DNA of 31,964 nucleotides, taken from IMG/VR virus record IMGVR_UViG_3300006893_000132, positions 1 to 31,964 of that record, one strand, 5' to 3'. This document shows, one piece after another, positions 1 through 8,643 of the stretch. The stretch is from a virus. Its lineage: Duplodnaviria; Caudoviricetes. Position 1 is the stretch's first letter; each line of letters starts with the position of its first letter. The notes beneath the pieces were generated by a model. That model was not told the origin of the DNA. It saw only the letters and a list, made by a program, of their open reading frames with translations, and searched no databases. Both the position numbers and the translations under genes were made by a program.

Positions 1-1
1 C

Positions 2-1270
2 AATCTCGATGTGAATTCGGCCACCCTCAAATTGGCCGAAAGCCGGTCGCAGCTCGGCGTCGTGGCCTCGGCCGCCCTGCCCGCGATCAACGGCGATGCA
101 TCCTATCAGCGCGAACTCTTCAGCCAGAATGGACTCGTGAGCTTGGGCAACCAACTTGGTCCGCCGGGCACGTCATTCGTGGTGCCGCCCATTAGCATTT
201 ACCAACCGGGGTTCGACGCCTCTTGGGAGCTCGACCTCTGGGGCCGCGTCAGACGCCAGATCGAGGCCGCCGGTGCGCAGGTCGAAGCCGCCGAAAATCA
301 GCGCCGTGACATGCTTGTCTCGACCTTGGCCGAACTTGCCCGCGATTATATCCAGTTGCGGGGAGTCCAGGCCCAGATCGCGATTTCAAACGAAAACCTC
401 AAGACCACCAACGACATCCTGCAGCTGACGAAGACCCGCGCGGCAAGGGGGCTGACGAGCCAGCTCGACGTCGAAAACGCGGCGGCGGAAGCGGCGAGCA
501 TCAGGGCTCAGCTGCCCAGTTTGGAAAACCAAGAATCAATGGAGATCAACGCCCTAGGCCTACTTCTCGACGAGCCTCCGGGGTCGCTCCGGAGCGAACT
601 CGCGCGCGCAAAACGAGTACCGCCGGCGCCCCCACGCGTGCCGCTCGGAATAGCATCCGAACTCGCGCGCCGGCGGCCTGACATCCGCGCGGCGGAAGCG
701 CAGCTTCACGCGGCGACTGCCGATATCGGCGTCGCGGTGGCCGATTTTTATCCAAGCGTGAAGTTGAATGGCAACGTTGGATTCAACGCGCTCGATTTAA
801 AGAATCTTTGGAAGGGGAGTTCGCTGCAATATGTGTTTGGGCCGAGTCTGTCGATCCCAATTTTCGACGGCGGCCGCCTCAAATCGACCTTGCAGCTGCG
901 CGAGATCCAACAACAGGAAGCGGCCATTGCCTATCACAAGACAGTGCTTCAGGCTTGGCACGAAGTTGTCAATGCGCTGGTTGCTTATCGCACCGAACAG
1001 CAGCGCCGCACGCGCTTGAAGGATCAGGTCGACCATTCCCGCCAGGCGCTGGCTCTTTCCCGGACGCGTTACGATACTGGAGTTGCGGATTTTATCTCCG
1101 TCCTCGACGCTGAACGCACCTTGTTGCAGGCGCAGCTGCAACATGCGCAAAGCACCACCAATGTCTCGACGAACCTGGTGCAACTCTACAAGGCGCTTGG
1201 CGGTGGCTGGGAGCAAACTTTTCCAGAGGAACCCGCAATTCGCGTCGTAAATCTTCAATCGATTCAATGA
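2..1270 (+). CDS. Efflux transporter outer membrane subunit (TolC/NodT/OprM family), 5'-truncated by window edge; host gene
   Basis: Motifs ASWELDLWGRVRR, ELARRRPDIRAAE, ADFYPS and C-terminal LYKALGGGW. Frame is open from position 2 (NLDV...). Confidence 0.95.
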   Translation, partial: NLDVNSATLKLAESRSQLGVVASAALPAINGDASYQRELFSQNGLVSLGNQLGPPGTSFVVPPISIYQPGFDASWELDLWGRVRRQIEAAGAQVEAAENQRRDMLVSTLAELARDYIQLRGVQAQIAISNENLKTTNDILQLTKTRAARGLTSQLDVENAAAEAASIRAQLPSLENQESMEINALGLLLDEPPGSLRSELARAKRVPPAPPRVPLGIASELARRRPDIRAAEAQLHAATADIGVAVADFYPSVKLNGNVGFNALDLKNLWKGSSLQYVFGPSLSIPIFDGGRLKSTLQLREIQQQEAAIAYHKTVLQAWHEVVNALVAYRTEQQRRTRLKDQVDHSRQALALSRTRYDTGVADFISVLDAERTLLQAQLQHAQSTTNVSTNLVQLYKALGGGWEQTFPEEPAIRVVNLQSIQ

Positions 1271-1319
1271 GCGCGCTTGTTTTTTGCGGACCAGCTTCGC
1301 GGAGCGCTCCACTGGAAGA

Positions 1320-1757
1320 TCAGAGGGATTTTCCTGAAAGCATATAGACCATTATCCCGGTGATGAGCGGCAGGATGGTCGCCGCAAACAGCAGTCCGCC
1401 AAACATCTTTGCCTGGGCGCTTTCAATCCGCCCGAAACGTGACTCGTACGTTTTGGCCTGTTCCGCTGACGCTTGCAATGATCCCAAGGCCGTTGCTTCG
1501 CGTGCCTCAGAAACGGTGCCTAATGAGACCTGTATCTCTCGTCTGAGCACCGCCAATTCGTCAGCACTGCGCTGCGTAAAAGTCTCGAACGCCTCCCGGC
1601 TGATGAATGTCCGCTCCTTCTCGCGGGCCAGCTCGTGATAGTGGTTCAAGACCTCAAGACGCCGCGACATTTCAGCGGCCTCCAGGACTATCGCCTTATC
1701 CATTGCGGCGAAGCGCTGCTCGTGCAGCTCTTTCAGCGTTTCGATTGTATGGGTCAT
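1320..1757 (-). CDS. Phage hypothetical coiled-coil protein with C-terminal transmembrane helix (possible lysis accessory)
   Basis: 145 aa; helical charged N-terminus; hydrophobic C-terminus MFGGLLFAATILPLITGIMVYML; last gene of the operon. Confidence 0.6.
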   Translation of the reverse strand: MTHTIETLKELHEQRFAAMDKAIVLEAAEMSRRLEVLNHYHELAREKERTFISREAFETFTQRSADELAVLRREIQVSLGTVSEAREATALGSLQASAEQAKTYESRFGRIESAQAKMFGGLLFAATILPLITGIMVYMLSGKSL

Positions 1758-1925
1758 TTAGGCTGCTCCGTGACGCGCGCGCATGTGCGCCGCGTAAGTC
1801 ATGCCGTTCCAACGTTTGCGGCGACGGCGGCCGTCGCCGCAAACCACGTCGTTCTTGGCGATGGTGTACGCAAATTTCTCGACTCCTCCGCGTCCATTTA
1901 TTTCCTCCCGAGCCAAGACGCGACG

Positions 1926-2078
1926 CTAAAGGTTGCCGCCCGCGCTGCGCGGCGCGATTTCATGAACGGTGAACGATTGCACGCCGGCGATCGGCTGGCG
2001 CGCCGCTAGGAGATTCAGAACCGTCATCGAAATTCCAAGAACGATAAGAATAACGCCGATCACGTCGATAATTTTCAT
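1926..2078 (-). CDS. Small membrane protein, 50 aa (MKIIDVIGVILIVLGISMTVLNLLAARQ...)
   Basis: Read by hand, below the ORF-track cutoff. ATG overlaps the upstream TGA (ATGA); one N-terminal TM helix. Confidence 0.45.
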   Translation of the reverse strand: MKIIDVIGVILIVLGISMTVLNLLAARQPIAGVQSFTVHEIAPRSAGGNL

Positions 2079-2233
2079 GATATGACTTCTCTCGTTAATT
2101 CATGAAGTAAACCAACGAATGCTAGAGGTATTGGTGTTAGAAATTCATCGACAAGCCCATGTTTGCTATTTATCGAGTCTAGCCAAAGGCCAATAATCGC
2201 GAATGATGCTATTACACAAAGATGCTGCATCAT
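2075..2233 (-). CDS. Small hydrophobic protein, 52 aa (MMQHLCVIASFAIIGLWLDS...)
   Basis: Read by hand. GGAG RBS upstream; ATGA coupling to the next ORF; locally AT-rich. Confidence 0.4.
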   Translation of the reverse strand: MMQHLCVIASFAIIGLWLDSINSKHGLVDEFLTPIPLAFVGLLHELTREVIS

Positions 2234-2351
2234 ATCTTTGTCTCCACTGGTCTAATCCCAAGCTCGCTTATTGCCTTTTGCGCCATTACCAGATCCTGAT
2301 CCTTTGTGTCGGCTTCCTTTTCAGCAAGTTCGACTTCCGCGACAGCCGCTT

Positions 2352-2747
2352 TTATTTTTTGCCCTCACGTTGCGCCTTGATGGCGGCTACCGCGGCGCTT
2401 AGAGCATCGGCGCGCCGGCTCTGGCAGAGTTGAAAACTCCCATCCGGATTGAGCTTGTGTCTCGGATCATCGGCCCATGATTGAGTCACGAATCCGCCGC
2501 GACCGTCCGCGACAACAGGACCGCGGCCGGCCGTCATCTTGTTGATGAGCAAGAAGACCTCGACCCCCTTCTTGACCATGGCGGCGGGAGGGAAAACAAG
2601 CCCGAGCTCGGCGAGTATGCTTTCGGCAAACGCGACATGCTTGTCGTATTTCCCGCTCGCGAGCCCGGCAAGGAGCGCCGCAGCCATGGCGGAGAGCGTC
2701 GCGGCGTGTTGTTCCACATCGGCAACGGTCAGGGGGCGATCCGGCAT
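2352..2747 (-). CDS. Phage hypothetical protein; may extend to ~2230 across an A-run frameshift
   Basis: 131 aa, TAATG-coupled to the upstream gene. One extra A at ~2355-2360 continues it as KIKAAVAEVELAEKEAD...VETKI*, whose stop overlaps the ATG at 2233. Confidence 0.55.
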   Translation of the reverse strand: MPDRPLTVADVEQHAATLSAMAAALLAGLASGKYDKHVAFAESILAELGLVFPPAAMVKKGVEVFLLINKMTAGRGPVVADGRGGFVTQSWADDPRHKLNPDGSFQLCQSRRADALSAAVAAIKAQREGKK

Positions 2748-3079
2748 TATTGCGCGGTAGCCGGATGCGCGACTGGAACTGGAACGGCGGCGACAGCGGA
2801 AGTGAGTTCCGTTTCCGAGTTTTTTATCGCAATCAAAACGGCCGCCTGATCGGCGATGATAGTATCGAGCACGGCTGCGTGCCCGGCGGCGCCGGTCGCC
2901 GCGAGATCGCTAAGCGCCTTATGTACCGATGTCGCCAAGGACGTCACCGCCGCCTTGATTTCCTCGTTTTGCTTTTTTACGTCTTCGATGTTCGCCATGA
3001 TGTCCCTGTGCCTTTGTGCTTCGATGCCGAAATAATCGCGCACCGTTTGTTGAAAGTCTTGGAACTCTTCGCCGGTCAT
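2747..3079 (-). CDS. Phage hypothetical coiled-coil protein (110 aa, MTGEEFQDF...)
   Basis: TAATG overlaps on both sides; heptad-like MANIEDVKKQNEEIKAAVTSLATSV. Confidence 0.6.
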   Translation of the reverse strand: MTGEEFQDFQQTVRDYFGIEAQRHRDIMANIEDVKKQNEEIKAAVTSLATSVHKALSDLAATGAAGHAAVLDTIIADQAAVLIAIKNSETELTSAVAAVPVPVAHPATAQ

Positions 3080-3309
3080 TACGCGCGAACCCGCCCCTTG
3101 GCTTCCGCCGTCGCGGGGACTGTGCCGCCCGTGACGGCCTTGTCCTTTGCCTGAATCAGGCCGATGCCAGCAGACACGGCGGCGAAAATAACGCCCAATT
3201 GCGTCGAGTCCGGCAATTGGCCGATAGAAATGGAGTGAGCAATCCCGGCCGCTGCGCCTAAAAGCGCGCCGATGCCGGAAAGGCTCGTCTGCCAATTTGG
3301 TCCTAGCAT
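3079..3309 (-). CDS. Nested in-frame holin-like protein (76 aa, 2 TM)
   Basis: Internal ATG at 3309 with GAAAGGA RBS. Sequence MLGPNWQTSLSGIGALLG...GIGLIQAKDKAVTGG. Confidence 0.5.
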   Translation of the reverse strand: MLGPNWQTSLSGIGALLGAAAGIAHSISIGQLPDSTQLGVIFAAVSAGIGLIQAKDKAVTGGTVPATAEAKGRVRA

Positions 3310-4194
3310 TGTCTGGGTCCTTTCGATGATCGCTGCCTCCCGAGCTCTTGTCGAGGGGTCGGCGGCTTCTGGTTTTTGCAAAGCGGGGAGTGCGGGGATC
3401 GCGCCAAGCTTTCCAAATTCGGCGATGGCTCTGTCAAAGATGGCAATTTCGGCGTCGCTTTCCGCGAGATACGCCGCGCGCTCGGCAAGCCGAGTTGCTC
3501 GCATTGCCTCGAGATTATCGAGCGCCGCAGCGATCCGGCCGGCGGCGGAAGCCGATAGTGGCGGTCTCTCTGGCGCGGGGAGGCGTTGAGGATTGGGCGG
3601 CGGCGCTTGCGGCGCCGGAACTTGGGGAACCGGCGTCGGCGGGGCTGTCTGTGGCGCCGCCGGGCCGGTCTTGATTTCGCTAGCGCGGTCTTTCAGTTCT
3701 TTCGCTCGCGCCGCGACGGCTTCGGCGTGGGCTATGCGATTTTCAACGTTTGCCGTCGCTGCCTTCGGTCGCTCGTACACCCAGCAGAAGTTGGCCGTGA
3801 GATTCGCGATAGACCTCGCGCCGGTCGTCAATTGCTGATAGAGGGTGGCGTACCTCTCGTTCGTCCGAAGCTCGTAGACCACAAAATCGCATTGGGTCCC
3901 GAGATCGTTCAGAAGCGAACCCTTCGGCACGCCGAGTTTCGCTTCCGCGCGTCCGATGAACGCAATGCAGGCCGTCTTCCGGTCGCCGAGCCATTCCTCG
4001 AACCCGCCGGATTTTAACGGTTCCGCAACGCCCCCGGACCAATCCGGATGCGCCCGGAACATGGTGGCGACGAGAAACTCGCCCGATTCCTGGCATCCGT
4101 TCCCGACCGGGGCCGCCGCGCCGTTCTCCGTGAAGCCCGCCGCGACAAAATGATTGTACGCGGCGAGCATGGGCGCGGTGACATGAACTTGCAT
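3079..4194 (-). CDS. Endolysin, phage tail-type lysozyme (Phage_lysozyme2-like), with Pro-rich linker and C-terminal holin-like membrane segment
   Basis: Motifs GFTENGAAAPVGNGCQESG, QCDFVVYELR and FCWVYERP match the GN..ESG / Q..F...EL / F...YERP pattern; lies after the fibre genes. Confidence 0.75.
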   Translation of the reverse strand: MQVHVTAPMLAAYNHFVAAGFTENGAAAPVGNGCQESGEFLVATMFRAHPDWSGGVAEPLKSGGFEEWLGDRKTACIAFIGRAEAKLGVPKGSLLNDLGTQCDFVVYELRTNERYATLYQQLTTGARSIANLTANFCWVYERPKAATANVENRIAHAEAVAARAKELKDRASEIKTGPAAPQTAPPTPVPQVPAPQAPPPNPQRLPAPERPPLSASAAGRIAAALDNLEAMRATRLAERAAYLAESDAEIAIFDRAIAEFGKLGAIPALPALQKPEAADPSTRAREAAIIERTQTMLGPNWQTSLSGIGALLGAAAGIAHSISIGQLPDSTQLGVIFAAVSAGIGLIQAKDKAVTGGTVPATAEAKGRVRA

Positions 4195-4195
4195 T

Positions 4196-4447
4196 TCATC
4201 GCCTCGTATGGAGTTCGCAATAGCCGGGCGCCGGGTGCTTGATCCCCTCGCAGGACGTGTCGGACATGATCTTGTCCGGCGATCTATTCGGCGGCGTCCA
4301 AGTCAGCCATGCCCAAACGGCGGGGAGCACGAGCGAACCCACGCAGACCCACCAGTATTCCGGCCAGAAGCCGCGATATTGGGAGATGGATTTCGCCGCC
4401 GCGCGATCTAAGCCGCCGGGATCGACTGGGACGTCGGGCAGGCCCAT
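4196..4447 (-). CDS. Small phage membrane protein (83 aa, Trp-rich TM, two C-terminal Cys)
   Basis: GGAGG RBS; ends 1 nt before the endolysin ATG. Confidence 0.55.
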   Translation of the reverse strand: MGLPDVPVDPGGLDRAAAKSISQYRGFWPEYWWVCVGSLVLPAVWAWLTWTPPNRSPDKIMSDTSCEGIKHPAPGYCELHTRR

Positions 4448-5022
4448 TATCGTCCTCCCGCCGATTGCGGCTTGGCGTGTGATTTCCGCTATGTTTTGTG
4501 GTGAGCGGTCGCGTGGAAAGCGGACATCGGGGCGATGCTCGCAGACATCGCCTGGCTGATAGACGGGTTGCTCCCGTAAGGCGGCGTCCGTGACCGCTCG
4601 CGCTTGTCACGGATCGGCAAGGTTATGCTCGCGGCTTTGAGGGCAAGAATGATGGAGCTAGAAAACTATCTCCCGCGGGCTTTGTCGGCAGCTATACGGG
4701 GAGGGACCGTCGAAGGGGGTCAGCGCGCCCAATATTCGAGCATATCTTTTGCGTTGAACAACAAACTGAGCGCAACGGCCATCATCTTAAAGGCATATGG
4801 GGATCCGGGGGAAAAGCAAAATATCGAGCCGAATCTGCATGTCCGAAGGATGCGAACTGTCGATGCGGCGACAACTGCAAAGAAATATGGCGGCCCGCTC
4901 ACGCACTTCGCGAGTAATTGTCGCGCCGGTATTCAAATCTATATTGCCGGAACTCGCCCAACCGGCGGGGCGCCCGTAATAAGCGGCAAGATGGCGCAAA
5001 AACCCTGCCAGTTCTCATTTAC

Positions 5023-5048
5023 GTCCTCGCGCAGGAACGCGCGAGGAC
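5023..5048. terminator. GC-rich hairpin (10-bp stem GTCCTCGCGC/GCGCGAGGAC) downstream of the beta-helix gene
   Basis: Perfect inverted repeat with a 6-nt loop, about 55 nt past the stop at 5103; no clear U-tract on the minus strand. Confidence 0.35.
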
Positions 5049-5102
5049 ATCTTTCATTTTAATTTCGCCTTTTGGCTTGGTTTTGGATAATGACCAAACG
5101 CT

Positions 5103-7289
5103 CTACGGTGCGCCGGCGTCATACCGTGCTTTCGCAGGAAGGGTGTAGATTGCGCCTGTCGCAGGATCAACCCATGGCCATGGGTTGTTTCCGAAGAAAG
5201 CAGGCTTCGAGGTCAAGTACAGCGAGTTTGGTATGGCAAACCCCCCAGGCGTATTGTGCCAGCGCTGCGAATTCGTGAGAAAGTCATAGTTGCCGTCGCG
5301 GATGACCGTCGCTAGGACTTGCGGGTCCGGAACCATGCCCCATCTCCCGGAATCGTAACCAAGCTCCCAAATGTCGTTAACCCCCCAATTCGCGGCAGTT
5401 CCCGTGCAGTTATTTCCGTTGGGATCGCAGGTCATGGACGGGTCGGTGTACCTCCACCCTGTCATCTGCCCAGGCCGGCCAAGGATGTTCCCGATGAAGG
5501 AATCCCACCAGGACCCATAGGCGAGGCCGAAGGCGCGCATATTCCCCGCGTCGGTAAAGTCTCGGCGTTGCCCGGTAACCCAGTTGCGGAAGAAGGTGAG
5601 GTAAATGGCGTTGCCATGGGTGTAGTCGCTGTCGCCGTTATGAGCGGCGTTCCCTTCGAACAACACGTGGTGCGGCCCGGCCATGTGCGAGGCGTTCAAG
5701 CCAACTTCCACCCAGGTGGGCGAATAGAAATCCCACGAGTCGTCCGCATAGTTGTAGGCCACGACGCTCCCGGACCCGGAAGAGCGCATGACCATGTCCT
5801 TGCACGTGTCGAGGATGATATTGTTCTCGATCAAAGCCTCGGACGTGCCATTGGCGAAACTGATGGCGTACCCTGCTCCTCCCGGCTGAGGCCAGGAACC
5901 GGTGTGAAGATAGGAGTCGCGCAGTTCGACACGGAAGGAATTGTCGATGGCGACGCCCTCGCCCGTCCACTGGGTCACCTCGACGCCCTTCGCCCATGAG
6001 TAAGCGGCGGCCTCGAAGCGCAGACCCCCGTTCGCTCCTCCGTACAAGCTCAGATTTTCCACGCCCGCGTTGGTCACGTGGATGCTGTTTCCTCCCGAAT
6101 GACTCCCACTCAAGGTATAGCGCGTGAGCTGTGCCGTATGGCCCGTTCGATATCCGAGGGTGAGCGGCGAGGTAAAGGTGATCGTATTTCCTGAAACAGA
6201 GGCGACTTCCTTTATTTCGTTGGTTGGCCGGTCTTGCCGGCTGAACCAGGACATGGCAGCGGGAGGCACGCCCGGCGTCGTATCGTAGGGTCCCGATGAA
6301 TTTGAGTTACTGCTGTCGTCTTGAAACTGTTGTGTCGGATAGTGCATGGCCCAGGCGACCCTATCCCCTTGCCACACAGACGGCGGGCACGGAGTAGGAA
6401 CGAGATTGTCGGAGCAACCAAATCCTGGCGGCACGGGTTGCCACGAAGCCCCGGACAATTCGTCAAGCAAAACAAATTGCCCGGCGGCGAAGTTCGCGGC
6501 ATTTGCGATCGTGACGGAATACGCTCCTTGCTGGCCGTTGGCGGTCAAACTTTGCGAGGTCGAATCGTCCTCGCTAGGATATCGCGAGGGGCCGACAATA
6601 ACGACGGGCTGCACGTCCGGGGCATACGACATCGAGATCGTTGTCGAAGCGACGGACTGCCCGCCCGGCGTAACCGAGTAGGTGCCGACGCCTCCGGTCG
6701 TTCCGCTCAATTGCGCGACAACCGACGTGCCGGTGATGACGTTGGTTCCAGAGATGTTGTCTGCAGGGGCCAGCGCGCCGGACCCCACCGCCGCAATCGT
6801 CATGACGTTGCCGGAAATCGACCCGGTGAACGACCCCGTCGAAAACGGCGCCTCCGGCGTGTGGATACCGTTGGTCCCCGATACCACCGTCGAGAGCCGC
6901 CCATGGGCCCCGTTCGCCTTGTTGAGGATCGTGACGCCCTTGCCGGACCCGCGAAGCGTAATCGAAGAGTGTATCAACACTAAATTATTTACGATGAATG
7001 TTCCCGGATTAAGAAAGACCACCTGTCCCGCCGGACAGGCATTGACTTGTGCCTGGATCGCGGCCGAATCGTCGCTCCCGCTTGGCGAAAGAGTCGCGCA
7101 AATGGTAGTGCGGTTAGGAACCCCGCGCTTGGACATCATGCCAGGATTCCAAGCGAAATTCCGGTCTGGCGGAATTATCTGCGTGGATTTCTTTGACAGA
7201 ACAATCATTTCGTTTTGCGACGGCGAGAAAGCAAGCGCAAGCGAGGCGAAGACAAGGAAGGCAGAAGCGCCAAGAAGAAACTTTTTCAA
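5103..7289 (-). CDS. Right-handed beta-helix (pectin lyase-like) glycan-binding/depolymerase protein with signal-peptide-like N-terminus
   Basis: DDSAAIQAQVNACPAGQVVFLNPGTF..ITLRGSG is a typical beta-helix start; later repeats GVENLSL, LIENNI, LFEGN; hydrophobic N-terminus MKKFLLGASAFLVFASLALA. Confidence 0.75.
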   Translation of the reverse strand: MKKFLLGASAFLVFASLALAFSPSQNEMIVLSKKSTQIIPPDRNFAWNPGMMSKRGVPNRTTICATLSPSGSDDSAAIQAQVNACPAGQVVFLNPGTFIVNNLVLIHSSITLRGSGKGVTILNKANGAHGRLSTVVSGTNGIHTPEAPFSTGSFTGSISGNVMTIAAVGSGALAPADNISGTNVITGTSVVAQLSGTTGGVGTYSVTPGGQSVASTTISMSYAPDVQPVVIVGPSRYPSEDDSTSQSLTANGQQGAYSVTIANAANFAAGQFVLLDELSGASWQPVPPGFGCSDNLVPTPCPPSVWQGDRVAWAMHYPTQQFQDDSSNSNSSGPYDTTPGVPPAAMSWFSRQDRPTNEIKEVASVSGNTITFTSPLTLGYRTGHTAQLTRYTLSGSHSGGNSIHVTNAGVENLSLYGGANGGLRFEAAAYSWAKGVEVTQWTGEGVAIDNSFRVELRDSYLHTGSWPQPGGAGYAISFANGTSEALIENNIILDTCKDMVMRSSGSGSVVAYNYADDSWDFYSPTWVEVGLNASHMAGPHHVLFEGNAAHNGDSDYTHGNAIYLTFFRNWVTGQRRDFTDAGNMRAFGLAYGSWWDSFIGNILGRPGQMTGWRYTDPSMTCDPNGNNCTGTAANWGVNDIWELGYDSGRWGMVPDPQVLATVIRDGNYDFLTNSQRWHNTPGGFAIPNSLYLTSKPAFFGNNPWPWVDPATGAIYTLPAKARYDAGAP

Positions 7290-7915
7290 TTCAGCACCTC
7301 AGCTGTAAGGGTGAACGTCTGGCCGGAGACCGGAGTTGCAGCCGAAAGAATCTGGAGATCCCAGAATATCGCCGTGCCGGAACCGAGCTTGATCGCCATT
7401 TCGTTCGCGCTTGTCAGACCGCCGCTGCCAATAGCACCGTCTCCAAATTGTTGCAAAGAAGGGATCAAAAAGTTGGCCAGCCACGCTGCACTTCCTGTCG
7501 CAGGCGCATAGGCCCCGCCGTCGCCGTTCGTCTACGTCGGCGCTGCGCTCCATAGATTTATGGAAAGGTTGACGCCGCCCCAGCCAGACGTTGCGCTCGT
7601 ACGAAGTCTAAGGCGTGCATTGATCGCGCCGCCCGCGGAAATAGCAATTGCGAACGACGGAACCACTACGGACCCTGCCGTCGTGCTGCTCGCGATCAAT
7701 TGGTTCGCGGCATAGTCCGCCGTATTTGCTGGGCGCGTGAGCGTTGACGCGGGATTAGTGATCGCCCCGCCGGAAAACGCGTTGACGGAGACACCGCTCT
7801 GATCGGACGCAATCGCCACGGGAAGGCTATTCGCCATGGTCGTTTGCCCGGCGTTCGGAAGAGTATTGATCGTTAGTCCAGAACCCTGTGTAATTGTCGC
7901 TGTTGGGAAGGCCAT
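7286..7915 (-). pseudogene. Phage beta-rich structural/decoration-like protein interrupted by an in-frame TAG (7532-7534)
   Basis: Starts MAFPTATIT at 7915 with AGGAG RBS. The same frame continues after the TAG (SAAPT*TNGDGGAYAP...LTAEVLN) and ends coupled to the TTG at 7289. Confidence 0.7.
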
Positions 7916-7925
7916 AAAAGTTCTC

Positions 7926-8643
7926 CTATGCTGCAATAGCGCTGATAAGCCCGCTATTGGATGGTTGACTAAAATCGAGAATGCCACCGCCGGCTGCTGT
8001 AACCGCACTTGTGGCCGTGCTCGTCGCTGGCGTGCTGGGGCCTACCGCGTTCGTGGCGATGACGGAGACCGTCAGCGTGTGACCAAGATTCGCGGAGGTA
8101 GGCACATAGGCGCTCGCGGTTGCGCCGCCGATTGGACCGGTTGCGCTATCGCTCCACTGGTAAGCAAAAGAGGTAGGCGAATTCGTCCAGCCTCCTGTCG
8201 AAGCCGAAAGCGTTTGGCCGATCTGTGCGGTTCCGCCGATTGTGGGCAAAGCTGTGTTGACCGGGACCGGGATCGCTGGAAGGACGGTATTTGTCGCTGC
8301 GCTCTGGGCCAGCGCGCTCGGTCCTCCTGAATTCACGGCCACGACGAAAAACACGAGCACAAATCCCACGTCCGCGGCTTTCGGAACATAGGTCAGCCCA
8401 GTCGCCCCTGGAATTAATCCAATTGAGCTATTCGCCCATTGGCTGAAGTAGCTGGTCGGGCTATGGGTCCAAGTCCCGATCGTCGCCGTTAAGACGTCGC
8501 CGACCTGCGCCGTCCGGAGATCGTCGGGGGGATAGTATTTGTCGGGATAATATCGATGACGGCGGCAGTTGACGGGCTGGCGGCCGCAACCGTAACTGTA
8601 ATTTTATTGCCAACATCGGCGGCTAAGGGGACATAGGTCGAGC
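7926..8643 (-). pseudogene. 5'-truncated tandem Ig-like repeat protein (about 2.3 repeats)
   Basis: Repeats PTISG-TAQVGDVLTATIGTW...QW...IPGATGLTYVP..ADVG and PTIGGTAQIGQTLSASTGGW...YQW...IGGATASAYVP..ANLG; 1-nt frameshift near 8515; no start codon. Confidence 0.7.

Noticed and set aside
1271-1319. Prophage attachment site or tRNA at the left boundary
   Set aside because: No tRNA-like sequence and no partner repeat visible; the other end lies outside the window, so this cannot be fully excluded.
4604-5062. 152-aa plus-strand ORF and overlapping short ORFs
   Set aside because: No recognisable motif, weak start and no consistent coding frame; probably intergenic or decayed DNA.
7532-7534. Stop-codon reassignment (amber recoding) in this element
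   Set aside because: Only one internal TAG, and TAG acts as the normal stop for other genes (5103, 26011, 31100).
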